A stretch of 64,000 nucleotides of DNA from an uncultured Chloroflexia bacterium (GTDB taxonomy: Bacteria > Chloroflexota > Limnocylindria > Limnocylindrales > CSP1-4). The notes under the pieces were generated by a model that was not told the DNA's origin, searched no databases, and worked only from the letters and a program-made list of their open reading frames with translations. The DNA is taken from contig CAVRGP010000015.1 in the NCBI GenBank assembly GCA_963720755.1, positions 160,001-224,000 on the forward strand. Direction: 5' to 3'. Shown one piece after another: positions 1-9,256 of this stretch; positions within the stretch are counted from its first letter, which is position 1; each line of letters opens with the position of its first letter. Made by a program: the position numbers and the translations under genes.

Positions 1-1
1 G

Positions 2-145
2 GTCGAGGAGAAGATCGCGGCCGAGATCGCGGCCGCGGTCGAGGACGCCACCGACTACGCCGAGAGCCAGCCGGACCCGGACCCGGCGACGGCGATGCGC
101 TACGTGTACGCCGAGGATCCGGATGGCAGCGAGGCGGCCGGCTGA
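2..145 (+). CDS. 3' end of 2-oxoacid dehydrogenase E1 alpha subunit (partial, runs off window start)
   Basis: Frame 2 reads VEEKIAAEIAAAVEDATDYAESQPDPDPATAMRYVYAE...; its TGA overlaps the E1 beta ATG (TGATG). Confidence 0.8.
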   Translation, partial: VEEKIAAEIAAAVEDATDYAESQPDPDPATAMRYVYAEDPDGSEAAG

Positions 146-1128
146 TGCCACCCCGAACATTCATCGACGCCATCCGAGAGACGTTGGCCGACGAGATGCG
201 TCGCGACGAGTCGATCATCGTGTTGGGTGAGGATGTCGGCAAGAAGGGCGGCGTCTTCCTCGCGACCGACGGACTGTGGGCGGAGTTCGGCGATGACCGG
301 GTCATCGACACCCCGCTGACCGAGTCGATGATCGTCGGCGCCGCCATCGGCGCGGCCGTGAACGGGCTCCGTCCCGTGGCCGAGATCCAGTTCGCCGATT
401 TCATCTTCCCGGCGTTCAACCAGATCGTGTCCGAGGCGGCCCGGATGCGCTACCGGTCGAACAACGGTTATGCCGTCCCGATGACCATCCGGGCACCGTA
501 CGGCGGCGGCGTCCACGGTGCGCTGTACCACTCCCAATCGGTGGAGGCGTTCTTCACCCACGTGCCAGGACTCAAGGTGGTCGTGCCGTCGACACCGCAC
601 GACGCCCGCGGCCTGCTCCGGTCGTCCATCCGCGACAACGACCCGGTGCTCTTCTTCGAACACAAGAAGATGTATCGCTCGGTGCGTGGCGACGTTCCTG
701 ACACTGACTACACCGTGCCGATCGGGGTCGCCAAGGTGACCCACCCGGGGTCGCAGGTGACGGTCGTCGCCTATGGTCTGATGGCTCACTACGCGCTCGA
801 GGCTGCCGATCGGGTGGCCGAGGACGGGATCAGCGCGGAGGTCGTCGACCTGCGCACGCTCCGGCCGCTCGACCGGGATACGTTGCTCGATTCGGTCCGC
901 AAGACCGGCAAATGCCTGGTCGTCTACGAGGACAACAAGTTCGGTGGGTACGGGGCGGAGGTCGCCGCGATCGTCGCCGAGGAGGCATTCGACTACCTCG
1001 ACGGCCCGGTCACCAGGATCGCCGGACCGGAGGTCCCCGGGGTGCCGTACAACCACGTCCTGGAAGAATGGTTCATGGTCGACGCCGAAAAGATCGCCGC
1101 CGGGATCCGGAAGCTCGCAGCGTATTGA
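145..1128 (+). CDS. bkdA2: 2-oxoacid (probably branched-chain) dehydrogenase E1 beta subunit
   Basis: GEDVGKKGGVF, DTPLTE, EIQFADF, RYRSNN, HSQS motifs of Bacillus-type BCKDH E1 beta. Confidence 0.9.
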   Translation: MPPRTFIDAIRETLADEMRRDESIIVLGEDVGKKGGVFLATDGLWAEFGDDRVIDTPLTESMIVGAAIGAAVNGLRPVAEIQFADFIFPAFNQIVSEAARMRYRSNNGYAVPMTIRAPYGGGVHGALYHSQSVEAFFTHVPGLKVVVPSTPHDARGLLRSSIRDNDPVLFFEHKKMYRSVRGDVPDTDYTVPIGVAKVTHPGSQVTVVAYGLMAHYALEAADRVAEDGISAEVVDLRTLRPLDRDTLLDSVRKTGKCLVVYEDNKFGGYGAEVAAIVAEEAFDYLDGPVTRIAGPEVPGVPYNHVLEEWFMVDAEKIAAGIRKLAAY

Positions 1129-1169
1129 GCCGGTTGGCCGCGGTCCAGCGGGTCGACGGACCTGATTTC

Positions 1170-1372
1170 GCCAGATACGAACATCGGTCGTGCTAGGCAA
1201 CGGACTGGCCGACGCCGATCGAAGTCCGTGCCAGATATCAGTGGGCCTCGTCCCCGGCAGGGCAACGGTGCCCCGGAGCCGTCACGCCGCCTCTTGTGGA
1301 TCCAGCCGGGCGACCCTGACCCGCTTGCGCGCCAGCCGCGCTCGCTGACCACGAGCCTCGCTCATATGTGGC
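1170..1372. repeat. Three copies of dyad GCC-N4-ACGA-N7-TCGT-N4-GGC (1170-1198, 1230-1258, 1344-1372)
   Basis: GCC AGAT ACGA ACATCGG TCGT GCTA GGC; GCC AGAT ATCA GTGGGCC TCGT CCCC GGC; GCT GACC ACGA GCCTCGC TCAT ATGT GGC; the first two are 60 bp apart. Confidence 0.75.
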
Positions 1373-2028
1373 AAGAACAGGAGTCCGGCCACGGGACCGT
1401 CCGGCGCACGCAGCCACCGCCGGATGGCGACGTTCCGAGCCGGGTAGACCCGCCCGAACAGGGCCGGCCTGTCCTCGACCTGGCGCCTGATGGTTCGATG
1501 CTCGGGGAGGACGAGCAACCGTCCGACGACGCGGGCCGACCACTCGAATCGTTCGAGCGCGATCGTCGGGGCCAGTCGGACCTTCTCGTCGTGCTTGCGG
1601 AATGTGCCCTCGACGGACGCGATCTCCGTCTTGACTTCGATCACCAGCAGGGTCCGGGTATCCGGCTCCCAGCCGAGCAGGTCGATCGAGCCGCGCTCGC
1701 CGTAGACCGAGTAGGACACCTCGGGAGCCACTTCCCACCGATGGGCGGACAACAGTGAGGCGAGGTCGTCGCACAGGCGAGCATGTCCGGCATCGAGCAG
1801 GCGGTCGAGGTCCCCGCCACGCCAGCGGGCGAACAGGACCAACTCGGCGTCCATCCCGCCGAGGATCCTCCGGATCGTCCCGATGGGCATCCCCTGCAGT
1901 CGACCTCGTTCGAACAGCGAGATCTCGCCCTGGCTCAGTCCCACGCGATCGCCGAGGTCGCGCTGACGCCAGCCGAGCCGCAAGCGCAGCTGGCGCCCAG
2001 TCCGTCCGAGCCCGAGGTCGTCGACCAT
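1282..2028 (-). CDS. XRE-family HTH fused to a PD-(D/E)XK-like nuclease domain
   Basis: N-terminal RLRLGWRQRDLGDRVGLSQGEISLFERG (HTH_XRE); C-terminal EVSYS..GERGSIDLL...LLVIEVKT (D...ExK). Confidence 0.75.
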   Translation of the reverse strand: MVDDLGLGRTGRQLRLRLGWRQRDLGDRVGLSQGEISLFERGRLQGMPIGTIRRILGGMDAELVLFARWRGGDLDRLLDAGHARLCDDLASLLSAHRWEVAPEVSYSVYGERGSIDLLGWEPDTRTLLVIEVKTEIASVEGTFRKHDEKVRLAPTIALERFEWSARVVGRLLVLPEHRTIRRQVEDRPALFGRVYPARNVAIRRWLRAPDGPVAGLLFLPHMSEARGQRARLARKRVRVARLDPQEAA

Positions 2029-2089
2029 CCCGTGAGTCTCGGGTCCGGCCCTTATCAGCCACTTGCATGTACGTCAGGGCCTCGAACTT

Positions 2090-2302
2090 GCCAGATACGG
2101 ATCCCGGCGCCTGAGACTTGCCATCTACGAATCAGGTTCGTGGTGTGCGAGGACGACCGAGTCATGGAGGGATCGCCCGGGGCCGGCAAGGGTGAGCCGT
2201 TGCCGGATACGAGACGCATTGCTACCAGGCACGGATCATCGGCTATCGAGGAGAGAACCATCGGCGTGGACTCGCCCAGCACGCAGTGGGCTCGTATCTG
2301 GC
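2090..2302. repeat. Three more dyad copies (2120-2148, 2202-2230, 2274-2302) plus a half-site at 2090
   Basis: GCC ATCT ACGA ATCAGGT TCGT GGTG TGC; GCC GGAT ACGA GACGCAT TGCT ACCA GGC; GCC CAGC ACGC AGTGGGC TCGT ATCT GGC; half-site GCCAGATACGG. Confidence 0.75.
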
Positions 2303-2400
2303 GGAAACAGGTCGAGGCTCGACCAAGGACCGCCGGATGGGCGACACTACGCGGAAGCAATCAACGGGCCGCCCTGCGGCCGACCGCGAAGGAGCGCCCA

Positions 2401-3909
2401 ATGGCCAAGGTGACGATGCCCCAACTCGGCGAGAGTGTGGCCGAGGGGACGATCGGGAAATGGCTCAAGCAGCCGGGCGATCACGTCGACAAGTACGAGG
2501 CGCTCGTCGAAGTCGTGACCGACAAGGTGAACGCCGAAGTCCCGTCGCCATTCGAGGGCATCCTTCGCGAGATCCTGGTCGAGGAAGGGGCGACCGTCCC
2601 GAACAACGCCGAGATCGCGGTCATCGAGACGGCGGCCGACGGCGCCGGCGACGTCGCGGCAGCCCCCTCCGGCCCGGTCGCGACCTCTGAGCCTGCGTCC
2701 AGACCGGCCGATCCTGCCCCTGCTCCTGCCGAGGATGTCGCCGTGGGTCCCGCCGGCAGCGATGAGCGCGGACCCGCGGAGGTCGCAGCGGCGTCGTCGA
2801 CCGCAGCGACCTCGGCGCCCGCGGCCACGACCGCAGCGACCTCGGCCACGACCGCACCGACCTCGGCCACGACCGCAGCGACGTCGGCGCCCGAGGTCAC
2901 GCGCCCGACCCCGGCCGGCGCGGTCTCCGGTCCGCCCCCTACGACGGCCGACCCGGACGCCCGGATGACCCCGGCGGTCCGCCGACTATTGCGTGAACAC
3001 GACCTGTCCGCCGGCCAGGTCCAGGGGACCGGCGGCGGCGGCAGGATCACCAGGGACGATGTCCTCCGGGTCGTCGAGGCGATCCGCACCGGCACCGCGG
3101 CTCCGTCCACACCTGCCGCATCGGGAACCGCTGCGGCGGCCACCGCGCCACGAGTTCCCGCCACGCTCCCCGTGGGCGCTCCTATCGAATTCCCCGACGG
3201 CACCGACGAAGTCCTCCTGCCGATGACCCAGATGCGCAAGGGCATCGCCGCGCAGATGACCCGAGCACTCGCCGTGCCGCACGCCTACGTCCACATGGAA
3301 GTCGACGCCAGCGCCCTCGTCCGCGCTCGCGAGCAGGCCAAGCGCGACTACCAGGCCCGCGAGGGCATCTCGCTCAGTTACGTGCCGTTCGTCATCAAGG
3401 CCGTCGTTGATTCGCTGCGAAGCCATCCGACCTTCAATGCCCATTGGACCGACGCCGGGCTGCTCGCGAAGCGGCGCATCCACATGGGCGTCGCGGTCGC
3501 CGTCGATGATGGCCTCCTCGTGCCGGTCGTCCGAGACGTCGACCAGCTCTCGATCAGCGGACTCAACCGTGCGATCGCCGACGTCGCGGCTCGAGCCAGG
3601 GTCGGAAAGCTGCGCCTCGAGGACTACGGCGGCAGTACGTTCACCATCGACAACACGGGCTGGTTCGGGTCGAACCTGACCATGCCGATCATCAACGTCC
3701 CGGAAGTCGCGATCCTGACGATGGAGGCGATCACCAAGCGCCCGGTCGTGCGCGAGACGCCCGAAGGCGACGTCATCGCCATCCGTCCGGTCATGAACAT
3801 GGTCCTGGCGATCGACCACCGCGCGAACGATGGCGCGCAGGCAGCTGCCTTCCTCCGCGCCATCAAGACCTGGCTCGAGGGGATCGGTCCCGAGACGCCT
3901 GTCTACTGA
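2401..3909 (+). CDS. Dihydrolipoamide acyltransferase (E2)
   Basis: MAKVTMPQLGESVAEG, lipoyl motif TDKVNAE, E3-binding GTGGGGRIT, catalytic DHRANDG; AAGGAG SD before ATG 2401. Confidence 0.95.
   Translation: MAKVTMPQLGESVAEGTIGKWLKQPGDHVDKYEALVEVVTDKVNAEVPSPFEGILREILVEEGATVPNNAEIAVIETAADGAGDVAAAPSGPVATSEPASRPADPAPAPAEDVAVGPAGSDERGPAEVAAASSTAATSAPAATTAATSATTAPTSATTAATSAPEVTRPTPAGAVSGPPPTTADPDARMTPAVRRLLREHDLSAGQVQGTGGGGRITRDDVLRVVEAIRTGTAAPSTPAASGTAAAATAPRVPATLPVGAPIEFPDGTDEVLLPMTQMRKGIAAQMTRALAVPHAYVHMEVDASALVRAREQAKRDYQAREGISLSYVPFVIKAVVDSLRSHPTFNAHWTDAGLLAKRRIHMGVAVAVDDGLLVPVVRDVDQLSISGLNRAIADVAARARVGKLRLEDYGGSTFTIDNTGWFGSNLTMPIINVPEVAILTMEAITKRPVVRETPEGDVIAIRPVMNMVLAIDHRANDGAQAAAFLRAIKTWLEGIGPETPVY
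2798..2890 (+). repeat. 21-bp tandem repeat in the E2 Ala/Thr linker
   Basis: GGCCACGACCGCAGCGACCTC-like units encoding ATTAATS. Confidence 0.7.
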
Positions 3910-3981
3910 GCGCCCTCGGTCGGCCCGCGACGACCGCAGCGCCCGGGAGTCGCTCGCACCGAGTCGTCGTACACTCCGCGC

Positions 3982-4974
3982 ATGCCCCGCGAGCTTCCGG
4001 TCTTCGAGCCGACGCCGATCGACCCCGTCGGGCCGGCTCCGATCCAGCGCCGGCATCCCGACTGGATCCGTGCCCGGATGCCGTCCGGCGACGCGTATCA
4101 CGACCTGAAGGGCCTCATGCGTGGCCTCTCCCTCAACACGGTTTGCGAGGAGGCCCGCTGCCCGAATATCGGGGAGTGCTGGGATCAGCGAACCGCGACG
4201 ATCATGATCCTCGGCGACACGTGCACGCGTGCCTGCGGGTTCTGTGCGGTCAAGACGGGCCGGCCGACCTGGTTCGACGATGACGAGCCGCGCCGGGTCG
4301 CCGAGGCGGTCGCTGCCCTCGGACTCGAGCACGTGGTCATCACCTCGGTCGCCCGTGACGACCTGCCCGATGGCGGCTCGCGCATCTTCGCCGAGACGAT
4401 CGGACGGTTGCGCGCCACGTCCCCCGGGATGGGCATCGAGGTGCTCATCCCCGATTTCGATGGCTCGGACGACCGGCTGCGGACGGTGATGGACGCCAGG
4501 CCGGACATCCTCAACCACAACCTCGAGACGGTGAAGCGCCTCCAGAAGCCGGTCCGCAAGCGAGCACGCTGGGATCGCTCCCTGTACGTCCTCCGCCGGG
4601 CGCGCGAGATGGCCGATGAGATCGGCTACCCGGCCCACACCAAGTCAAGTCTCATGGTCGGCCTGGGCGAGACACGGGACGAATTGCATGAAGCGTTCGA
4701 AGCGTTGCGCGACAACGACGTCGATATCCTGACCATCGGGCAGTACCTGCGGCCGTCGCTCGATCACCTCCCGCTCGAGCGCTACTACCACCCCGACGAA
4801 TTCGCCGAGATGAAGGTCGAGGCGCTGGCCCTCGGGTTCAAACACGTCGAGTCCGCACCGCTCGTGCGATCGAGCTACCACGCTCGCGATCAGGTGCCCG
4901 GCGCGGAACTCAAGCGCCTGCGCCGACAGGCGACCATCGACGCCGAGGGGCGCGTCATCCCTCTCGCCGGCTGA
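3982..4974 (+). CDS. lipA: Lipoyl synthase
   Basis: CEEARCPNIGEC, CTRACGFC, VRSSYHA. Confidence 0.97.
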   Translation: MPRELPVFEPTPIDPVGPAPIQRRHPDWIRARMPSGDAYHDLKGLMRGLSLNTVCEEARCPNIGECWDQRTATIMILGDTCTRACGFCAVKTGRPTWFDDDEPRRVAEAVAALGLEHVVITSVARDDLPDGGSRIFAETIGRLRATSPGMGIEVLIPDFDGSDDRLRTVMDARPDILNHNLETVKRLQKPVRKRARWDRSLYVLRRAREMADEIGYPAHTKSSLMVGLGETRDELHEAFEALRDNDVDILTIGQYLRPSLDHLPLERYYHPDEFAEMKVEALALGFKHVESAPLVRSSYHARDQVPGAELKRLRRQATIDAEGRVIPLAG

Positions 4975-4996
4975 GGGAGCGCACGCCGACCGAGCC

Positions 4997-6173
4997 ATGA
5001 GCGTCGACTTCGACCCGGTCCGGCTCGGCCGGCGCCGTCGTCGGGTTGATCCGGTGGTCGTGGGCACGGTCGTCGTGATCGCCGCCCTCATCGTGGCGGT
5101 CGCCAAGCCATGGGGTGGCGACGACGGCGTGACCGCGCTCGCGGCCGGTTCGGCGTCGCCCGGCGCGACGGCCCCGGGTCCTGGCTCTCCGGGGTCGCCA
5201 TCGACCCCGACGCCTGGACCGACACCGACCCAGGTACAACAGCCGACCTGGGCCGAGATGGCGGGCATCGTCACCTCGCATGATGCCTGGGGTGTGCGCG
5301 CGATCTTGTCGGAGGGTCGCGTCGGCCTGTACCCGGGCTCGCCGGGAGGCTACTCGGACCGCTGGCGGTCCGTCGTGCTGGATGCAACGGGCCGAGGCTC
5401 GGCCATCATCGAGCGAGATGAGCGGGCGATGGTGGGCCTCGGGGTCACGATCCCGAACCGGGTAGCCGCGCTCGCCGGCAGGGTCTGGCGGGTCCACGAG
5501 GGCGACCGGCTTGAATGGGTCGACACGGTCGAGATCGGCCCCGACTACGCGAACCTCGGATTCTTCTTCCTGCGACCTGGCCGCGATGGCCAGCCCTACA
5601 TGGGCTGGGAGCCCGGGACGTACCGGATCGAAGTCCTGACGCTGCGCGGGGATCCGCTCGATCGACGTGGGCATCCCGGGTCGGTTCGGGGATGTGCCCC
5701 GGCCGGAGCCGTGGCCGACCGCGGCGTCAGGACTCGTACCCGCATCGGCGACCGATGCCTCGGCGATCCGCGGTGGCATGTTCGCGACCGTCGACGGCTC
5801 GACCGTTCCCCTCGGTGCGGCCGAATCCGCACCATTGAGCGGAGACCAGGCGTGGGTCGACACGGTTCGCCAGTCCGACTCCGTCGTGGCGACGGCATAT
5901 CTTCCTCGTGCGACCGGTCTCGGGGTCATGTTGGGCCCGGGTGATGACATCACCGGGTCGACGATCCGGCGCCTCTCCCCGGATGGCCCGTTCGATCCGC
6001 TCGAGCCGATCCAGGGACTCTCGGACCGTCAGGGCCGGATGCTCTTCGTGCTCTACCCGGCGCCGGACGGTGCCTGGGAGCCGGGAACGTACTCGATCAC
6101 AGTCGATTGGAGGGATGCGACCGGCACTCACGAGGGCACGTGGCATGTCGAGCTCCGGCCGGGGTCGAGCTAG
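4997..6173 (+). pseudogene. Frameshifted membrane-anchored or exported hypothetical protein
   Basis: ORF 4997-5944 has an N-terminal TM segment and loses sense after ..YRIEVLTLRG; the reading resumes in another frame (GIRSIDVGIPGRFG...) to 6173; an extra G in the run near 5648-5651 explains this. Confidence 0.55.
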
Positions 6174-6208
6174 CCATCGGACACGCGATCGTCCGCTATC
6201 CTGACGCC

Positions 6209-7264
6209 ATGCCCCGTGTGCTCTCGCGCAAGATCCCGCTCGCCGAGTTGCACTGCCATCTTGGTGGCGCTGTGACTCCGGCGATCATGTGGGGCATCGC
6301 CCATTCGCAGGGGATCAAGCTCCCGACCAAGGACTACTGGGAGTTCCGGGACATGATCACGGTCTCGCCCCGGCGCAACCGGTCGTTTGACGGCTACCTC
6401 CAGCTGTTCCACTGGACTGAGCTCATCCAGAGCTCCCCGCTCGCCGTCGAGCGTTCCGTCTACGAGGTGATCGGCGGCGGGTACCGAAAGAACAACGTCA
6501 TCTCGATGGAACTCCGGTTCAACCCGATGAAGCGAAATCGGGGTGGCGAGCAGGACCTCGACCACATCATCGCGGCCGCCGTGCGCGGCATGGACAAGGC
6601 CAGCCTGGAGTACCCGGTCAAGCCGGGGTTGCTCTTCTGCCTGGACCGGGCGTTCCCCTATGAACTCAACGAGATCATCGTCGAGAAGGCGATCGCCTGG
6701 CGCGACCGCGGCGTCGTCGGGGTCGATATCGCAGGGCCCGAATCGGCGACATTCCGGGTGGCCGATTACCGGCGCCTGTTCCGGCGAGCTCGCCAGTTCG
6801 GCCTTGGCCTGACGGTCCACACCGGCGAGTCGGGGCCGATCGAGGAGGTCGCCAGAGTCGTGGAGCTCCTCGAGCCGGACCGGATCGGCCATGGTGTCAA
6901 GGCGGCCTACGACCCCAGGGCGATGGACATGATCGCCGACCGGGGCATCGTCCTCGAGATCTGCCCGACCTCCAATCTGAACACGCGGGTCGTCAGCGGG
7001 TGGGACGAGTTCCGATGGATCTTCGACACCTTTCGCCGCAATGAGGTCCGGTTCACCATCAACACCGACGGGCCGGAGATGCTCAAGACCTACATCCGGG
7101 ATGAGATGGCGCAGCTCGGTCGCCTCGGGATCCTGTCGATGTCCGACCTGGAGACTGCGGCCGCGACCTCGCTGGCCGCGTCGTTCGTGCCCAACGTCAC
7201 GGATGTCCCACCGCCGCGGCTCGAACCTGCGTCGCGTGTCGCCGTGGAGCGCGAGGAAGCCTGA
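6209..7264 (+). CDS. Adenosine/AMP deaminase family protein
   Basis: ELHCHLGG, GVDIAGPE, HTGES, RIGHG, EICPTSN, INTDGP. Confidence 0.9.
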   Translation: MPRVLSRKIPLAELHCHLGGAVTPAIMWGIAHSQGIKLPTKDYWEFRDMITVSPRRNRSFDGYLQLFHWTELIQSSPLAVERSVYEVIGGGYRKNNVISMELRFNPMKRNRGGEQDLDHIIAAAVRGMDKASLEYPVKPGLLFCLDRAFPYELNEIIVEKAIAWRDRGVVGVDIAGPESATFRVADYRRLFRRARQFGLGLTVHTGESGPIEEVARVVELLEPDRIGHGVKAAYDPRAMDMIADRGIVLEICPTSNLNTRVVSGWDEFRWIFDTFRRNEVRFTINTDGPEMLKTYIRDEMAQLGRLGILSMSDLETAAATSLAASFVPNVTDVPPPRLEPASRVAVEREEA

Positions 7265-7278
7265 CCGGTCGCCGAGAC

Positions 7279-7992
7279 TCAGTCCGGCGTGGGGTCCGCG
7301 AACCGATACGAGCAGCACCGATCGCCCGACGCGATGTGCTGTTCGCGCACGACCTCGACGCCGAGGACCTCGCGGAACAGGTCGAGTTCCGCGGCGCAGG
7401 CCGCTGCCGAACCCTGCGCGATGTGGTAGATGGCGCAGTTATGTTCGCGCAGGCGGATCGTGCCATCGGCTTCGATCACCGTATCGGCCAGGTAGCCATT
7501 GTCGGCCTGGATCACGGCCAGCTCCTGGACACGCTCGGTCAGCGGGGCGTCCGGCGCGATCCGGTCGCTCATCCGTTCGCGTACACGCTCGCCGAGCTGG
7601 CGCCGGCGCGCGGCGAAGACCTGCTCGAGAAGATCGTCCCCGCCGACCGACTCGATGGCGGCGAGGAGGCCCGTCGCCAGCGCGTCGTAATTCGACGGGA
7701 AGAGTTCCTGCGCATCCGGCGTCACGTCGTACAGGTGACGGGGGCGGCCCACACCATGGCGGACCGTCTGGCGGCTGACCAGGTTGGCGTTCTCGAGTGC
7801 GCGGAGTTGCTGCAGGACGCCCGTCCTGCTGGCGCCCACTCGCGCGGCGAGCTGGTCTGGGGAGCTTGGGCCGTCGACGCGCAGGCGGAGGAGCAGATCG
7901 CGTCGCAGGCCGGACGGCCCGTTGGGTGCGGCGAGATCGCCCTTAGCGGGGGCGCGGTCGTAGGCGGCGGGCTGCTGCGTGGGCTCGCGCAT
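7279..7992 (-). CDS. Winged-HTH regulator with C-terminal Cys cluster (SufR-like)
   Basis: HGVGRPRHLY, FPSNY, EHNCAI..AC..E..HIASGD.CCSY. Confidence 0.8.
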   Translation of the reverse strand: MREPTQQPAAYDRAPAKGDLAAPNGPSGLRRDLLLRLRVDGPSSPDQLAARVGASRTGVLQQLRALENANLVSRQTVRHGVGRPRHLYDVTPDAQELFPSNYDALATGLLAAIESVGGDDLLEQVFAARRRQLGERVRERMSDRIAPDAPLTERVQELAVIQADNGYLADTVIEADGTIRLREHNCAIYHIAQGSAAACAAELDLFREVLGVEVVREQHIASGDRCCSYRFADPTPD

Positions 7993-8068
7993 CGGCTCAG
8001 GCTAGCACCGAACCTTCGACGCGTCCGTGCGGCGCTCGACGACCGTGCCGGATGGTACGGTTGCGGCG

Positions 8069-9235
8069 ATGGATCTGGACCTCTCGCCCGAGCACGTCCT
8101 CCTGCGCGACACGATCCGGGACTTCATGCTGACGGAAGTCGCGCCGGTCATCGACGAGCACGAGCGCGCCCGGCGCTTCCCGAGCGACATCGTCAGGCAG
8201 ATCGGAGCCTTGGGCTGGCTTGGGATCCCGATCCCGGAGGATGAGGGCGGGGCCGGCCTCGACACCCTCGCCTATGCGATCGCGATCGAGGAGATCGGCC
8301 GGGTGTGGGGCTCGCTCGGACTCATCGTCGCCGCGCACACGAGCCTGGGCTGCGGTCCTCTCCACCTGGCGGGCACGCCGGCGCAGAAGGATCGGTACCT
8401 GGTGCCGATGGCGCAGGGCGAGGTCATCGGGGCCTACGGCCTCACGGAACCCGGCGCCGGCAGCGATTCGGGCGGGACCCGGACGACCGCTCGGCACGAA
8501 GACGGTCCCGACGGCGGCACCTGGGTCATCGACGGCGGCAAGCGGTTCATCACCAACGCCGGGCAGGCGGGGACGTACATCGTGACGGCCCGGACCGGCA
8601 CCCGGGATGACGGAGGGGCCGAGATCAGCGCGTTCATCGTCCCGGCCGACACTCCCGGGTTCAGCGTCGGACGGCTCGAGGAGAAGCTCGGGTTGCACGC
8701 CTCTGCGACCGGCGAGCTGTCGTTCGATGGTGCCCGGGTTCCCGCCGCGAACATGCTGGGCGAGCAGGGGAGTGGCTTCAAGACGTTCCTGCGGATCCTC
8801 GATGGCGGCCGGATCTCGATCGGTGCCCTCGCGGTGGGGATCGCCCAGGGTGCGCTCGATGCCGCGATCCCGTACGCGCAGACCCGCGAGCAGTTCGGGC
8901 GCCCGATCGGGTCGTTCCAGGGCGTCGCCTTCATGATCGCCGACATGGCCACCGAGATCGAGGCGGCGCGCGGCCTCGTCTGGCGGTCCGCCTGGCTCAA
9001 GGACCAGGGTCGCGACTATGGGCTGGTCGCCGCACAGGCCAAGCTGTTCGCGTCGGAAGTCAGCTCGCGGGTGACCAACCACGCCATCCAGGTCCACGGA
9101 GGCTATGGCTACGTCACCGAGTTCCCGGTCGAGCGCTACCTGCGGGACGCGAAGTTGACCGAGATCGGGGAGGGGACGAGCCAGGTCCAGCGCCTCGTCA
9201 TCGCCCGCCGGATCCTCGGCCTCCGCGTCATCTGA
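8069..9235 (+). CDS. Acyl-CoA dehydrogenase
   Basis: YGLTEPGAGSD, GGKRFITN, QVHGGYGY, EIGEGTSQVQ. Confidence 0.95.
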   Translation: MDLDLSPEHVLLRDTIRDFMLTEVAPVIDEHERARRFPSDIVRQIGALGWLGIPIPEDEGGAGLDTLAYAIAIEEIGRVWGSLGLIVAAHTSLGCGPLHLAGTPAQKDRYLVPMAQGEVIGAYGLTEPGAGSDSGGTRTTARHEDGPDGGTWVIDGGKRFITNAGQAGTYIVTARTGTRDDGGAEISAFIVPADTPGFSVGRLEEKLGLHASATGELSFDGARVPAANMLGEQGSGFKTFLRILDGGRISIGALAVGIAQGALDAAIPYAQTREQFGRPIGSFQGVAFMIADMATEIEAARGLVWRSAWLKDQGRDYGLVAAQAKLFASEVSSRVTNHAIQVHGGYGYVTEFPVERYLRDAKLTEIGEGTSQVQRLVIARRILGLRVI

Positions 9236-9256
9236 GCCGCTCCGCTCCGTCGCCGA

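Larger units (their letters stand above)
1159..2313. mobile_element. Putative ~1.15-kb inverted-repeat-bounded element carrying an HTH-nuclease gene, inserted between the E1 beta and E2 genes
   Basis: GACCTGATTTCGCCAGATACGA (1159-1180) matches the reverse complement of 2292-2313 (GACCTGTTTCCGCCAGATACGA) at 20/22; it interrupts a normally contiguous operon; no target-site duplication seen. Confidence 0.5.

Noticed and set aside
1783-2400. N-terminal extension of E2 in the ORF track
   Set aside because: The lipoyl domain and SD begin at 2401; the extension overlaps the antisense HTH-nuclease gene and the repeats
2798-2890. 21-bp repeats as a separate element
   Set aside because: Ordinary slippage in the flexible Ala/Thr linker of E2, unrelated to the dyad family
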